Source: Octopus vulgaris (lineage: Eukaryota). Taken from it: 64,000 bases of DNA. The first letter of the stretch is position 1, and every line of letters starts with the position of its first letter. Both the position numbers and the translations under genes were made by a program. Positions 14,778 to 29,034 of the stretch are shown in pieces. The stretch covers positions 1,736,001 to 1,800,000 of the forward strand of contig OX597838.1 of the NCBI GenBank assembly GCA_951406725.2. The letters are read 5' to 3'. The notes beneath the pieces are model-generated. The model saw only the letters and a list, made by a program, of their open reading frames with translations, was not told where the DNA came from and searched no databases.

Positions 14778-16899
14778 GTCATTATTATTATTATTATTAA
14801 TCATGATGATCGTCTCCAGCATTACTTGACATCTCATTGGGATTCGTTTTCAGAAATAGCAATCCAGTGTCCCATTCTGCTGTCATTCAAGATCTGAGAT
14901 AGGGAGAAAAGCTGAAGTCGATTAAAACGATGATAGTTCCGTCCGTCTGTCTGTTTGTCTGTCTCCCTCTCTCTCTCTCTCTCTCTCTGGAAAAGTAGAA
15001 TAGAGGGTGACAGAGTGTGACAGACACATACAAAGTAGGAAAGAGAGGGAGAGGGAGAGGGGGGAGAATGGTAGTGGTGGTGGTGGTGGTGGTGGTGGTT
15101 TCATAAGTGACTGCCACATTTATTCACGCATTTATTCATTGTGAAACCCTCCTGAATTGCAATTCCCGCTGGTTTTACACAAAAGGATTGTAACATGGAT
15201 TCTCACCTCGATATGTTCCTGTTTGTCGGGTTTTTTTCTATCTAACAACGATTATTTATAGGAATTACAAAAGATTCAAAATTAGAAGATTCAAAGTCAG
15301 GAGTACTTTCCTCAAAACATGTTCTTCTCATTTTGACCCGCCCCTGTAAGTGGGTCGCATAGTTTGCTTCCGAAGACGAGGGCGAAGCGCTTCCTCCTGA
15401 CGATTACGGAGTGGCACTCGGCATCGCATGTTGTCGCACTGCAGCCTCAGGCGATGCATTTCTGTGCAGTTAACTGCTGTTGTTTTTCTCTTTCTAAACT
15501 TTCAGGGCAAAAAGGCCTTAAACAGCTCCTAACTTCATTTGTGGAGCAGTTGGGATTTCTGCTTCGGATACTCAGCTGTAAGGCTTTTCTTCTAGCGCGG
15601 CAAAACAGGGTACAAATCTGAATTTTATTTTGTGGGCTTGTGGGGTCATGAGAATTTTTCTGTCCATGGTGAATCCACCCCTCCAGATATCGCTGAACAT
15701 TTCATATCACACCCACTAATCCTCCTAAGCCATACTATGCTGTCACGAAAGTGACCAAGGGGCAACTGTCCACCAATGTCTTCGAAACTGACCCTTGTAT
15801 TTCTTCCCTCCACTGGTTTGTCTCACCTTTATTAGGCCTGCTGTTTATCTCCTCTGATGAAGATGCTTATGTTGTCCATGGTACACCTCTCACAATGTAC
15901 GCACTTGCAATGATCTATATTCATATATATATATATATGATAGTTCGTTTGTTACTACCTCCCACCTGATTCTCGACCCTTATATGTGTCCCCATGAACT
16001 GTCCCATCACACACACTGCGTCCCCTTCAATGCAACAACATTGAAACCCTAAACCAAGTCGTGATTAACCGATAAGTATTAAACACTCAGTCAAATTCTT
16101 TAAAGATTTGCCGCCTATATATGTGAAGACCCTTTTGTAATCCTTATATTTTCGCTTGATATTTTCCCACCATTCTCCAGTTCAATAAGTTTTCTTTATA
16201 TATTTTTAACATTTTATTTCTTCCGATTCGTTTTATCCCTTTTTATTCCCCACCCGTCCATATTCTTTTCTATCTAGTAATACCAGCCTTTCTCCTAAGC
16301 ATATTCCAGTAGACACCCCATCCGGCAATAATGTACTTCGATAGTAGCCGTGTGTTTAATATATTAGTACCATTTTCTAAGATTCATAGATTCATACGTT
16401 TGTCCAAACTAATTTCTATCACCGTTCAGTCCCTTCTGCTCACATCCCTCATATCTCCCGCTATTCACTTTTTTATCTTCACATCTACTTCTATAATTCC
16501 ACTCCACACATTTGGAACTACCTTCTAACTGCAGTTCTTATTGACTTACAACCTTCTTCCCATTTCAGTTTTAATATTGACTGAAGAACTGCTTCCTCAC
16601 AAACCCATTCATCTGCAGAGAGCGAATAAATTTAATTCCGATGACATTCACCATGTCTATGGACCTTAAACTCTCCTTTCATCAACGCATTTATGTTAGA
16701 ACCACCCAGCTGCCAACCACTCTGTATTCGCTCATAAAATTAAGCGAAGAATTCCTTCTTAACCTTCCATGTTACTAAAAAATAACAGCCTTACTTTCAC
16801 TCATTTCATTTGGAGACTTTTTCATGCAAAACATTAGTTTCGATGAATGGCCTTCCGCATAAACTACGTCAGCCGAAATACACAGATTGCCTCCATCAT

Positions 16900-17025
<126 letters not shown>

Positions 17026-17109
17026 CACACCACACACCACACACACACACATACACACACACACACACACACATAAGTGTGTGTGTGTATGTACATACAT
17101 ATATATATA

Positions 17110-17935
17110 TAGGCACAGGCGTAGCTGTGTGGTAAGAAGCCTGCTTCTCAACCATATAGTTCCGGGTTCAGTCCCACTGCGAGGCACCTTGGGCAAGTGT
17201 CTTCTACTATTCTACTATAGCCTCGGGCCAACCAAAGCCTTGTGAGTGAATTTGGTAGACGAAAACTGAAAGAAGCCCATCGTGCCTTTCATCCTTGATT
17301 GCTGCCGTAAGGCTTCCACTTCACACGCCAGCCTAACTTAACTTGTCCTTTTAATCGAAAGACGCCAGTTGTTATTCTTGTTGTTTGTATTTGGAATCGT
17401 GTAACATTTTCTCCGTTTTCTGGGGTTTTTTGTCCGTGTTGTCGCACATATTCGCTCGCTTTCTTCCAAACATTTAATGCCCTTTGCTTAGATTTTTGGG
17501 GCCTACCAATTTTGAACAGTCTCAAATGTAAGAAGCCGAAACTGTAGGGATAATTGGAATCTTGACTAGAATAGAAAGGCACGAATGTTCCGTCCCTGTT
17601 TTCCTTTCCATCTTTGTATCATCCATCTGTCCGTATGTATTTATTGTCGTCCGTTACATTCTTTTCCGTTTTGGGGATATATATATATATATATATATAT
17701 GCGTGTCTGTTTTTTTACTGTGTTTATACCCCTCATCGCTTGACAACCAATGTTGGAGTGTTTGCGAACCCTGGACGAGGTGGTTCTGCGAAAGAGACCG
17801 ATAGAATAAGTACTAGGCTTACAAAGAATAAGTCCTGTGGTCGTTTTCTTCGACTAAAAAAAATAAAAACTTTATGGCGGTGCTCCAATATGGCCACAAC
17901 CGGATGACTGAAACAGGTAAATGAATAAAAGAATA
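17110..17935 (+). mobile_element. SINE family A interrupted by a ~400 bp insertion
   Basis: Head at 17110-17283, unrelated sequence at 17284-17678 ending in (TA)n, tail at 17700-17935. Confidence 0.8.
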
Positions 17936-18490
17936 TATATACATATATGTATATTTTAGAAAATAAACTGAGGAATTTTTTGATTAGCAAAGACAAAAAA
18001 GTTAAATAGCACACAAAATAAATTTTGACTTCTTTAATTTGCCTTCGTTTTCAGAGAAGTTAGATCAGTCGGTTGGGAGTAATTAACACCAATACCAATT
18101 GAAGATGGAAGACAATTTCAACAATAGAAAACCTCCAAAACTAACAAACCATTCAGAAAACAAAATGAGTCCTAATTGGCTGAGACGCCAGGACAGCTGT
18201 GGTCATGTGTTTCTGCTTCAATAGGCATCGTATATATATATATATATATACACACACATACAAAGTATGGGGGTTTAGTTCACAGGTGATCTAAACGATT
18301 AAGTACGCTAGGTAAGTGCTGTAATCGATTGGATTACTGGGGCTCCAAGGTTATAGCCGAGACGTTAGTTATGGAACCATTGCAGATTTCCGATGCAGCG
18401 GATATAGAATTGTTAAAGAAGGCATCAAACGTTAAGGCAAGGCAAACATCTCAAGTCGTATACAATATTATTATAGGAAGAAATTTGAAA

Positions 18491-18544
18491 TCTTACAGCT
18501 GTTTCGGGGATATCCCCGAGTAAGAGATATTCCGTCATCACAGA
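18491..18544 (-). ncRNA. Degenerate minimal hammerhead motif in a Penelope-type remnant
   Basis: Minus strand: tct-GTGATGA-cggaatatc...gatatcccc-GAAA-cagctg-TA-aga. Stem III is palindromic; C3 is mutated to G. Confidence 0.5.
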
Positions 18545-18669
18545 CAATTGGGGTGGGGGGGAATACGGAAAATGAGAATGGTAGATATTAATATAACAAC
18601 ACAGAGAACGGAGTAAAAGAATAAAGAGATGGAAAGAGAGAAGAAAAAAGAGGCATATATATAAGTATG

Positions 18670-18712
<43 letters not shown>

Positions 18713-18720
18713 GTACATGT

Positions 18721-18752
<32 letters not shown>

Positions 18753-19107
18753 TTACACACACGTATTACCACATATATGCATGCATACATAGTCACATAC
18801 ACAAGCATATACCGTGTATATGTTTGTGTATTGTAACTGTCAAATATATAGGTTGTCAGGAAACAGTCTTTACGTCTGATGTGGCTTATAAGATGTGTGT
18901 TATAAGTCGGGTAGTGAAGTTATATGCTTAATGCGTTTGTGTGTGCATAATATGTGTGCGTATATATATTGCGTGTGTGTATGTTGGGTGTTATGAGGTG
19001 GGTGTCTAATCTGTGTTGTAAACTACAGCGGCCAGACAGCGTTTAAAATAACATCATTAGTGAATTGATGTGACAAAAATCTGGTAATATATTTGTGTTG
19101 AAGTGAA

Positions 19108-19198
<91 letters not shown>

Positions 19199-20164
19199 TC
19201 TGAATAGCTTTTAATGTGTTTTTATTTGCTCTAATGACTCGATCTTGTTGTAGTTGTTGCTGTCAGCTTTGGTGTTTCTGAGGTTACTGCTGCTGCTATT
19301 GCTGCTGCTGCTATTGCTGCTGCTGCTGCTGCCTTTGTTGTTGTTGTTGTTGTCGTGGTTGCTGCACTTTTCTTTAGTGTTTCTGTGCTTTCAGTTGTTG
19401 TTGTTTTTGTTTATTCTCAGGCCACAGTTGATAGAGAAGGGAGGGGGAGAGTGCGGGAGAGAGAGAGGGGGAGAGGGGGGAGATAGAGAGAGAGAGAGAG
19501 AGAGTGAGAGAGAGAGTGGGTAATGATCAATGGTGTTCCAGACGTGATCATCCTGCCTCTAAGATTACCTTATCTGATGTGTCCTTCCTAAGTCATCAAA
19601 GTGTGATGGAGTGGGGTTTAGCTGTTATTTTCTGCAAAGTGCGTAGAACTGAAGAGATTCCCTCGTTATTTTGTAGATTCGGGTGTTGACCACAGCGGAA
19701 ACTGACAAGGTGGACTTAGTCAGAGAGCAACAGATAATGTTCATGTTGTAGATATGACTCTTGTTTACGGTTGTTCAGCAAAATATTGGTTGAATCGTTC
19801 CAGTGTCGGAAAAAATGTTTCCCCGCGTTTCTTTCTGCTTTCAAATCCAGCCGAAGTCAACTTGGCTTTTCATTCCCCCGGAGTCGATAAATAAAATATC
19901 CGTCAACTGCTGAGGGTCGATTCTTCTCTAACTCTCCCCCACATCTTCCCCCTTTCTCTCTTTCTGTCTCTCTTTCTCTCTTATCGTACGGTGGTGTAAG
20001 AATACTTAGTGTCTCTTTCCCCAGAGAACGAGCAAGAGTTAGCGATACGACGGCGGATTTGCTTGTAGAAAACGAACCCGTCATGTTACAGATGAATGTG
20101 CTCTATATCATAGAATGTCAACAAAAATTCCTTTAATGTTGCTCTTGTTGCTGTGACAGTAATA

Positions 20165-20360
20165 TCGGTTTCAAATTTTGGCAGAAGACCAACAAGTTCG
20201 GGGGAGGGACTAAGTCGATTACTTCGACCCTAGTATTCAACCGCAAGAATGAAAGGTAATGTCGATCTGGGCGGAATTTGAACTCAGATCGTAAAGACGG
20301 ACGAAATGCCGCTAAGCATTTTGTCTGGTGTGCTAACGATTCTGCCAGCTCTCTGCCTTC
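20165..20360 (-). mobile_element. tRNA-derived SINE, family B (Nin-like central domain)
   Basis: Reverse complement reads gaaggcagagagctggcagaatcgttagcac...ctgagttcaaattccgcc...cctttcattc. Multiple copies in the window. Confidence 0.8.
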
Positions 20361-20819
20361 GACAGTGACAGTAATATCAGCAACAATAGCAGAAACATTT
20401 CTTACACGATTCCAAAGTCTACTGTTCTTACGGTAGCAATGTAAAGACAAAGGTTCCCTCAATGCTAAAAGAAAGGGATGGTATTTTTGGCTCCACCATA
20501 ATTACAGAACAAAATCTGTAGATGAGAACATTTTTTAAAACAGCAAAATTTCTTCGTCGCAAAAAAGGGCGAAGAGAAAATTTATAAATTACTGCTAAGG
20601 CAAAAACAGAAACTTTTAAAATGTTCCGTCAGTCAAGTGAAATAGTACAAGAGGTTCTCTAGGACACATCATGCGAAATTGTCTTGAGTGACAAAGATAC
20701 GAGCTGTTACACTATTTGCTGTACCTTTAAAAGCGAAGACTGCCAAGAGACAGGTTGGAAGCGTCAGGTATATCTGTGATTATATAGTTGTGTCCCAATA
20801 CAAGTGGTTAGAAGAGAAT

Positions 20820-21110
20820 CGCAAGACGGATTTTTCAAAGCGAGAAAACCACCAAAAGACCTAGAAGTAGACCAAGAATGGGATATTGGATAATATGCAG
20901 AGTGTCTGTTAGTGGCGCTTGGGAATGCATCCGCAAAGTGTTCAGACGGTTACTTCTGACAGAACCCGTATAGAGATGGTGCCTGGAGTCTCCCTGGAAC
21001 AGGGAGTGGAGAGACGGATATCGGGTCAAAGAAACACAAGTGTCACAATATGAAATATTGGTCACGTGGTAGAACCAAGGCTAGTAGTGGCTTTTGTGTT
21101 GTAGTATGGG
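20820..21110 (-). mobile_element. Possible L1/Tx1 ORF2 C-terminal remnant
   Basis: Minus-strand RHHLYTGSVRSNR...APLTDTLHIIQYP resembles a decayed CCHC knuckle region. Weak. Confidence 0.3.
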
Positions 21111-21457
21111 AGAGTGGTCAAAGCAAGCTTTAACGAAAGTGACTTGTGGTCAAATGGCCCTGACAAGTCCTAATAACTCCCGAAAGTCACAGAGCCATAC
21201 CGAAACTATGAAGGAAGCGTCGTGCCAAAGAAATTCCTTTAATGGTGCAGGGTAGAAATCCTAATTGTTACAGCCTAGGGAAAACTGAGAAGATTTTGCA
21301 AAAACAAGAAAAACGAAAATAATTGAAGAACCGCGAAAGGAAGAGAAGACACGAGTCTTCAGAGCATCACCAGCCGAAACCCTAAGGATAGCAAAAGAAA
21401 TAGCTTTAGGGCCAATATTCCAAAGAAATGAGCAAACCAAACAGTTCCTAATCTAAT

Positions 21458-21677
21458 ATTGATTTCAAATTTTGGCACAAGGCCAGCAATTTCAAGTGAT
21501 GTGGTAAACCAATTACATCGATCTCGCTGCTCAACTGGAAATTATTTTCATCGACCTAAAAACGGATGAAAGGCAAAGTCGACCTTGGTGGAATTTGAAC
21601 GCAGACCGTAAAGACGGACAATCTGTCGCTAAGCATTTTGCCTGGCGTGCTAACGATTCTGCCAGCTCGCCGCCTTC
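21458..21677 (-). mobile_element. SINE family B
   Basis: Near-complete copy: ggcggcgagctggcagaatcgttagcacgcc...gtcgactttgcctttcatcc...ccttgtgccaaaatttgaaatc. Confidence 0.85.
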
Positions 21678-22122
21678 GTTCGTAGCCCAATATTATTAAC
21701 TTGTTGCACTACACTATCATAGTGAGGTGAGGAAGAATTACAAATGGAAACAGGGAAGGAAAAGAAACGGGAACATCACAGAAAGATGAGGAGCCTCGGG
21801 ATTAATCTGTGGGATGGTCATATTTTTATTGCTATTATATGTCAGATGGTGAACAATAGCGTCGTTACTTGCAGGTTTCCAACGCTTTACTGTGTTTTTA
21901 ACTGGGAGAGAGTGATAAGGGATTGTCAGTAAATTGATGCATAATAAATAAATGAAGGGATTTCATTAGAAAAATCCCACCGGTTATTTGGTTATATCCT
22001 TGATATTTATATCTTCCACTGACATACGTACGCACACACATGCATAGCTACCTACCTACCTATCTACCTACCTACCTACCTATCTACCTACTTACCTAGC
22101 TACCTATCTGTATACATACATA

Positions 22123-22478
22123 CATGGTGGCCGTCTACTCCTTATGCAGAGTTTGACCATCTCCTGTACCTACACCTTAGCACCATCATGGCATCTGATG
22201 TGGCTTTTTAAACCAGACAATGTATTTGAACGACATCCACATAGACTGCATATCCGATCTGGACCACCAAGAGCTGCAGATAAGTTCTGATCTTTGTGGA
22301 TCCTAAAATGTCTTTTGAGGTCTCCGTTAGATTTACGGACCTTATGGCATACACGGCATTGAAAGGTATGCACAGATAGATAAGCAGAGTAGTTAGTGGA
22401 GGTTCGTTTTCCATGGGTTCGCAAATGATGCTTCATCCCAGGAAAAGAAAGCTATGGTCTGTCACAAACTGTGCACAC
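22123..22478 (-). mobile_element. RTE LINE 3' end with tandem C2H2 zinc fingers
   Basis: ORF 22170-22436 contains FQCRVCHK...LKRHFRIH and CSLCGC...LKSHIRCH. Homologous to 26365-26670. Short 3' UTR runs into (TATG)n. Confidence 0.85.
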
Positions 22479-23029
22479 ATACATACATACATACATACAT
22501 ACATACATGCATAAATACATACATACATAGATTCATACATACATACATACATACATACATACATACATACATACATACATACATACATACATACATAGAA
22601 TACATTTCTACATCATTTTCGCCTAAAATTTTCCCTCAAGCAATTATTGGTGGAACAGATTAAGGTTATGGTAGGAAGCGCCGCTCTTTGACATTGAATT
22701 CATGGTACCGTTTTTTGGCATCATTGAGCCATCTTTATGGAAACAACAACCTTAGACATGTAGATTCTTTAGTCGGTAAAGGCATGATTGTCTCAACTTT
22801 CACTTAAATGTGAAACACATTCTCTTCCCATGAATTACACGCGTAAGCGACTGTGAGAAAGGTGGCAAACCCCTTCTTAAGGTTTGTGACCTTTCGAGGT
22901 CAAAATTTGGCATCAATGTCTTAAGCGGCCTCATTACGTGTTTCCTGTCTTTTTGGTTGGGTCACAACGTTATCTGACTTCAAAGCGACTTCATCTGCAC
23001 TTCCGGTTTGTTTTACAACAAAAATAGCA

Positions 23030-23176
23030 AGAGTAGTAGTAGTGGTGGTGGTGATGTCGATGGTGGTGGTAGTATTAGTAGTAGTACTACTAGTAGTAGA
23101 AGTAGTGGTGACGGCGGTGGGGGTTATGGTGGTAGTAGTAGTGCTGGTGGTGGTGGTTTTGTCGACGGTGATGGCG

Positions 23177-23227
<51 letters not shown>

Positions 23228-24615
23228 GTAGTAGTAGTAGTATTAGTAGTGGCAACAGCTGCAGAAATTATCCCCTCTAATGTCAACTGTCACGAATATC
23301 AACTTTTTCACCATCATTTTCTTTTTTTTTGTGATAGCAACGCCATCACCACCTCCACCACCACCACCACCACCACCACCACCTCCACCACCACCACCAT
23401 TTAGCATTCAATATTTATTACCTGAAATTATTTGTCTTCGCAATAAACGGAGATGATGATGGTATTGATGATGGTGGTGATGGTGATGGTGGTGGTGATG
23501 ATGTTGACGGTAATGATGCTGAATCAATATTGCAGGTAGGCAGTTTTATGGAAGATAATCAGGGAAGGAGAAGGGGGGTGGCGGTGGGGTGGGTGGGCGA
23601 TGTGTTGCAGAAACACTGAGCAGGTGCTTGTTTTCTTGACAACTAATCACAACTGATCATAAAACAATGTGCAGCCAACAACAAACAACAACAACAACAA
23701 CAACAGCGACAGCAGCAGCAGAAGCAGCAGCAGCATCCACTGCAGTAATTACAACAACAATGACCATAACAACAACAACAACAACAACAACGACAGCACC
23801 AACAACAACTGCAACATTGAATCTCGCCAAATTTGTGTGCAACATTGTAATTATTAAAAAAAACGACACTCTATACAAACATTACTAATAACATCAACAT
23901 CATAAGCACTGCCATTGTTACTACCACCACCTGTACTGCCACCGATACCACCACTTAGAACCGACAGCACCATCACCACTTCAACCTGAGACAAACCGAG
24001 AACGACATCAACGCTACAAGCATGAACGCCACAACGTCCATCACCACCATCTGCATCAGAACTACCACCCATACCATCACCACATGAGACAACACCACGG
24101 CATCAAAACTACTACCATTAACACCGCCAACACTTCCATTACTATCATCGACACTACCACCACCACCACCACCACCACCATCATCAGCCCCACAACCACC
24201 ATCACCATCACCATCATCATCACCAAAACAACCACGACGACGACGACCACCTCCACCACCACCAGCACCACCCCAACACAACGACGACAACGACGACGAC
24301 GACAACCACCACAACCACAGCCCCCACCATCTCCACCACCACCACTACCAGCACGATTATCGCCGATACTACCGCCAACACCATCAACTGGACTATCATC
24401 ACAAATAACAGCTCAATCATTTTGAACAGCGCAAACACCACCACCACCACCACCACCACCGACACTACCATCGGTATGACCGGCTATACCACCGCCACCG
24501 CCGCCTCCACCACTGTCGCCACCATCACACCAGGCCTTACCTCCTCTACCTCAATCATGATTTACTAACATTCTCCCTCTCAACCACCACCATCACAACC
24601 ACTGCCATCATAACT
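23030..24615. repeat. Compound trinucleotide low-complexity block (GGT/AGT/ATT, then ACC/AAC)
   Basis: Direct inspection. The Thr/Val/Gly-rich ORFs here come from the repeats. Confidence 0.9.
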
Positions 24616-24994
24616 ACATTCTGAGTGTGTTAGCCTCCATCACCATGGTTACCAATACGGCAATTTGTTGGCGGCAAGCAACAAGAGAAATATCCACATT
24701 GTCACACAAGAGATGAGAGACGCAGAGGGAAACATACACACACGCACACACGAACACACTTACACACACACACACACACATATATACGCACGCATGCACA
24801 TCAGCATCTGCACTTAACATCCGTTTTTCATGCTGGTATGAGGTGGACATATATATACGCATGCTGAAAATATATATATAATTTTGTGTGTGTGTGAATA
24901 TGCGTATAGGTGCGTGTGTGTGCACATATATACATATATATACGTGTGTGAGTGTGTGTGTGTGTGTATAATACATGCACACAGAGATATCGGT

Positions 24995-25033
<39 letters not shown>

Positions 25034-25360
25034 TACATACATGTGTAAATATGTACATATGCATATATATATTATTTATATTATATTATATTATATTGTA
25101 TTATATTATATTATATATATATATTTATATTATATGTATATAGATATGTATGTATGTATGAGGAAGAAACCAGGTGCTTCCCAATCCAATACACAGTTCA
25201 TGCAAAAGTCACGTGTTTCCCACTCAAAGTGCTCAATAAATAAGTATAAGTTTGCAACAACGATGTTCGTAGGAAGCAGTTACAATGAGAAGCTGTGATT
25301 TGCAATATACCGCATAGAAGGGACAGCACATATTCGTGTATATGTTCGCATACACACTTG

Positions 25361-25459
<99 letters not shown>

Positions 25460-25550
25460 TCACACTTAGTCAAATATACATACACAGATGTATGTATATG
25501 TGTGTGTGTGTGATATAGATTGACTATTTAAAACACACATACTTCATAAA

Positions 25551-25652
25551 CACAGACACTCACACACACGCACACACAGACACTCACACACACGCACACA
25601 CAGACACTCATACACACGCACACACAGACACTCATACACACGCACATACAGA
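25551..25652. repeat. 24 bp minisatellite, about 4 copies
   Basis: Unit cacagacactcaYacacacgcaca in tandem. Confidence 0.85.
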
Positions 25653-25799
25653 CAAAATTCAACAAAGCATCCAAGCTGTAATTAAAATATCTTCTCGCAA
25701 TCTTTCCATTTAAACCTTAACAGAAACAATTTCTTCCCTTTGTGCTTGGAAGAACCCTAACCGAGACTTTCTTGTTGACATTTAAAATCGTTATTTTTA

Positions 25800-26674
25800 T
25801 CTTTGGTGGCTCCGAGTCACGCTTTTGGTGCCAGCGACATAGGAATAAGAATACAAAGCTGGCTCTTTACAAATCCTTTGTCTTGCCATCCCTGTTGTAT
25901 TCCTGCGAAATATGGACTTGTTATGAAAGGCTTTTTAAATTGTTGGAACAATTCCACCAGAAATGCTTTCATCGCATTTTAAACATTAAATAGAGTTCTT
26001 TTTCTCCAAACACTGATGTCCTTGCATGTGCAGGCATTACCTCAATTAAAGTTATGATTTTAAGGAACCAAATGAGATGGTATGACCATATTGTTGGAAT
26101 GGTGGTTGAACGCATGCCGAAACAGCTGCTTTATTGTGAGCTTGCAAAGGGGAAACGCGATCGGCATAAAACAAAAAAAGAAAAAAAGGTTTAAGGACTA
26201 TTATGAAGTCACTTGGAATGGATCCAGAAGACATAGAAACCCTTGCTTCGGTTCGGGTTGGATGGCGAACAAAAAACGTGGAGCGGAGTGAAAGCATTTG
26301 AAGAGGCCAGGATAACCTCTGAGGAAGAATGTTAACACCGAGAAGGTGAATGACAATGACCTTTTTGTGTGCACAGTTTGTGACAGATCATGCCTTTCTT
26401 TTGCTGGGCTCAAATCTCATTCGCGAACCCATGGAAAACGAACGTCCACGAATTATTCTGCCTATATGTCGGCACACATTTGAATGCAGCGTATGCCGGT
26501 AGGATTGCAAATCTAACGGAAGCTTCAAAAGACATTTTAAGATCCACGAAGATCAGAACTTATCTGCAGATCTTGGAGGTTCAAATCGGATGTGAAATCT
26601 ATGTGGGTGTCTTTTCAGAACATTGTCTGGTTTAAAAAGCCACATCAGATGCCATGATGGTGCTATGGTGTCAT
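25800..26674 (+). mobile_element. Decayed RTE-clade LINE, C-terminal ORF region with three C2H2 fingers
   Basis: TKLALYKSFVLPSLLYSCEIWT...LEQFHQKCFHRILNIK, QMRWYDHI, RMPKQLLYCEL..GKR, then CTVCDR..LKSHSRTH and two further fingers. Frameshifted. Confidence 0.88.
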
Positions 26675-27910
26675 GACAACGATCCTAATACCGGTACTCC
26701 GAGTTATATGTTCTCGATAATCTTGCTGTCCTTGGAAATATTCGCAGTTTCAGTATATATTCAAAATCTTATATGAAACTTAAGAAGAGATGGCATTTTT
26801 TTTCTCTACGATAAAAATCCCAAAACGTCCTTCCGGGCAAAACATGCGAAAAGCAGCTGCCTCAAGCCTACGTCTTTCATTTCATTTCTGGTTCTTATGA
26901 GAATACACCAAATATTCTACGCTTCACGCAAGAAAGGACACTCTGATAGGTTTTCTCATGAAATTGCTTTGTTGTGTAAGTAATATTTCAAAGGAATATA
27001 TCTAAAACAACATAAGTGTGCACGTGCGTGCGTTTTGCGTGCACCTGTGTGTATGTGTAAATATCGACAAACAAATACACATACATGCACTTACACATGC
27101 ATACACACACACAAACACATATGTATATATATATGCATATACTTATATGTATATGTAGATTTTAATCGGAAATATACGCACGCGCGCTTAGAGATGTGTG
27201 TATATACAGATATGCATGTATATACTTCCATGCAAACGCTCATATATACTTATAGACATATACATACATGAATTAAATCAGCCAAAACGAACGACTTTGG
27301 CCGAACCACGAAAAAGTTCAAGGAGGCTGCTATTTAAACAAGTGTTGCTTTGTCCGTTTTTTTGTTCAAACCGTACAACCTTTGATCCAAAGTCTAGACT
27401 TTTTTAAGCAAGAAAATTTTACACCAAATTCTGTATTCGAAGCTACCATTTGTGTGCAGTTGTGTCTCATCTACAATCGACCGGAAAACTTTGCATTCAT
27501 AAGTGATTCTCTCACGCATAAACGATATAAGTTTCGACCAAGCCGAATTATACCTTTTATCTCGGCTGACAAATGAATGTTTGTGTTTATAAAATCTGTT
27601 TTTCGCTGTTAGTTCACTTGCCGCAATATATTTATTCGGTTCCTTTCCGCTGATTGTTTCTACCTTGGTGCTGTATATTATTGAATTTGCCAGTCAGTTA
27701 CCTGAGCCAACAAGGCAATTTCAGAAGGAACGTTATTAGACTGATCCCTCTCGTTTGAAGTTTAAGACGTTTGAAATTTTCCCACGAGAACCAGGAAGGA
27801 AATTAAAAGCAGATATTTCAAAGGAAAAGCTGGTCCGGATTACCAGTTGATTAACTGGGAACGAGTAACTCAGAGAACTCTAATTACGAGATCTTCAGTT
27901 TTATCTATAA

Positions 27911-27980
<70 letters not shown>

Positions 27981-28504
27981 ATGTGTATATATATATGTAT
28001 ATATATATGTATATATATATACATATATACGTATATGTATACACATATTTATACATACGCACACATACAAGAGCGCACTGAGACAAACACACACACACAC
28101 ATACACATTAATTTTTGGATATGTTCAGTCAACCGTGTCAGCCTTAACTTAACACAACAAACATTCTCACTTGATACTGACACACGGACGTAGCGGGGAA
28201 CATACAAACACTTCTAAGACCAGCCATGTGACTATCTTCCACCAATCAAATCCTATTCAAAATATATACAAATTTGAGCCATGAACTCTCCATAATATCA
28301 AGGCAAGCTTCAAACGCCATTCGGCAGCAAAACAGCCGCGACGTAAGCCACGTCTTTCCATTTGAACATTTTGAAAATCAGTGGAAACTGTGAAACCAGT
28401 TAACGCTTTAAAAGTATTAATAAGAAATATTTTAACTAGTCTCAGTGCAGTTTCAACTTCTATTTTTCCTATATTTCTACCCGTGTGGAATAAAATTACT
28501 TTGT

Positions 28505-28593
<89 letters not shown>

Positions 28594-28855
28594 CTTTGAA
28601 GAATTTAACGGAAATACAACAAACGGAAATATAAAAACATAACGAATAGAAAAATTCGTAGCTTGTTCGTCAACAGTGAACGTCCAAAAGATTATTATAA
28701 TTTCGCACTTCTAACGTTCACGTTGTTGATATTGACGCCAGTGGCGAAAACCCACTGGGGGTGGGGAAGAGCTAACGAATGTACAGGACAATAACAAAAG
28801 CAAACACGACAAAATAAGACATATATCAATACAACAAAAAAAGCCGTGTGGCCTC

Positions 28856-28892
<37 letters not shown>

Positions 28893-28904
28893 ATATGTGT
28901 GTGC

Positions 28905-29014
<110 letters not shown>

Positions 29015-29034
29015 GTATATGTAATAATAATAAT

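Noticed and set aside
13560-16780. Complex segments that may be old transposon coding remnants (also 26690-28440 and 61620-62040)
   Set aside because: No diagnostic motif recognisable by eye; needs BLASTX or Dfam.
22170-22436. Host C2H2 transcription-factor gene
   Set aside because: Homologous to the 3' end of the RTE remnant at 25800-26674.
25551-25652. CRISPR-like array
   Set aside because: Contiguous minisatellite without spacers, in eukaryotic DNA.
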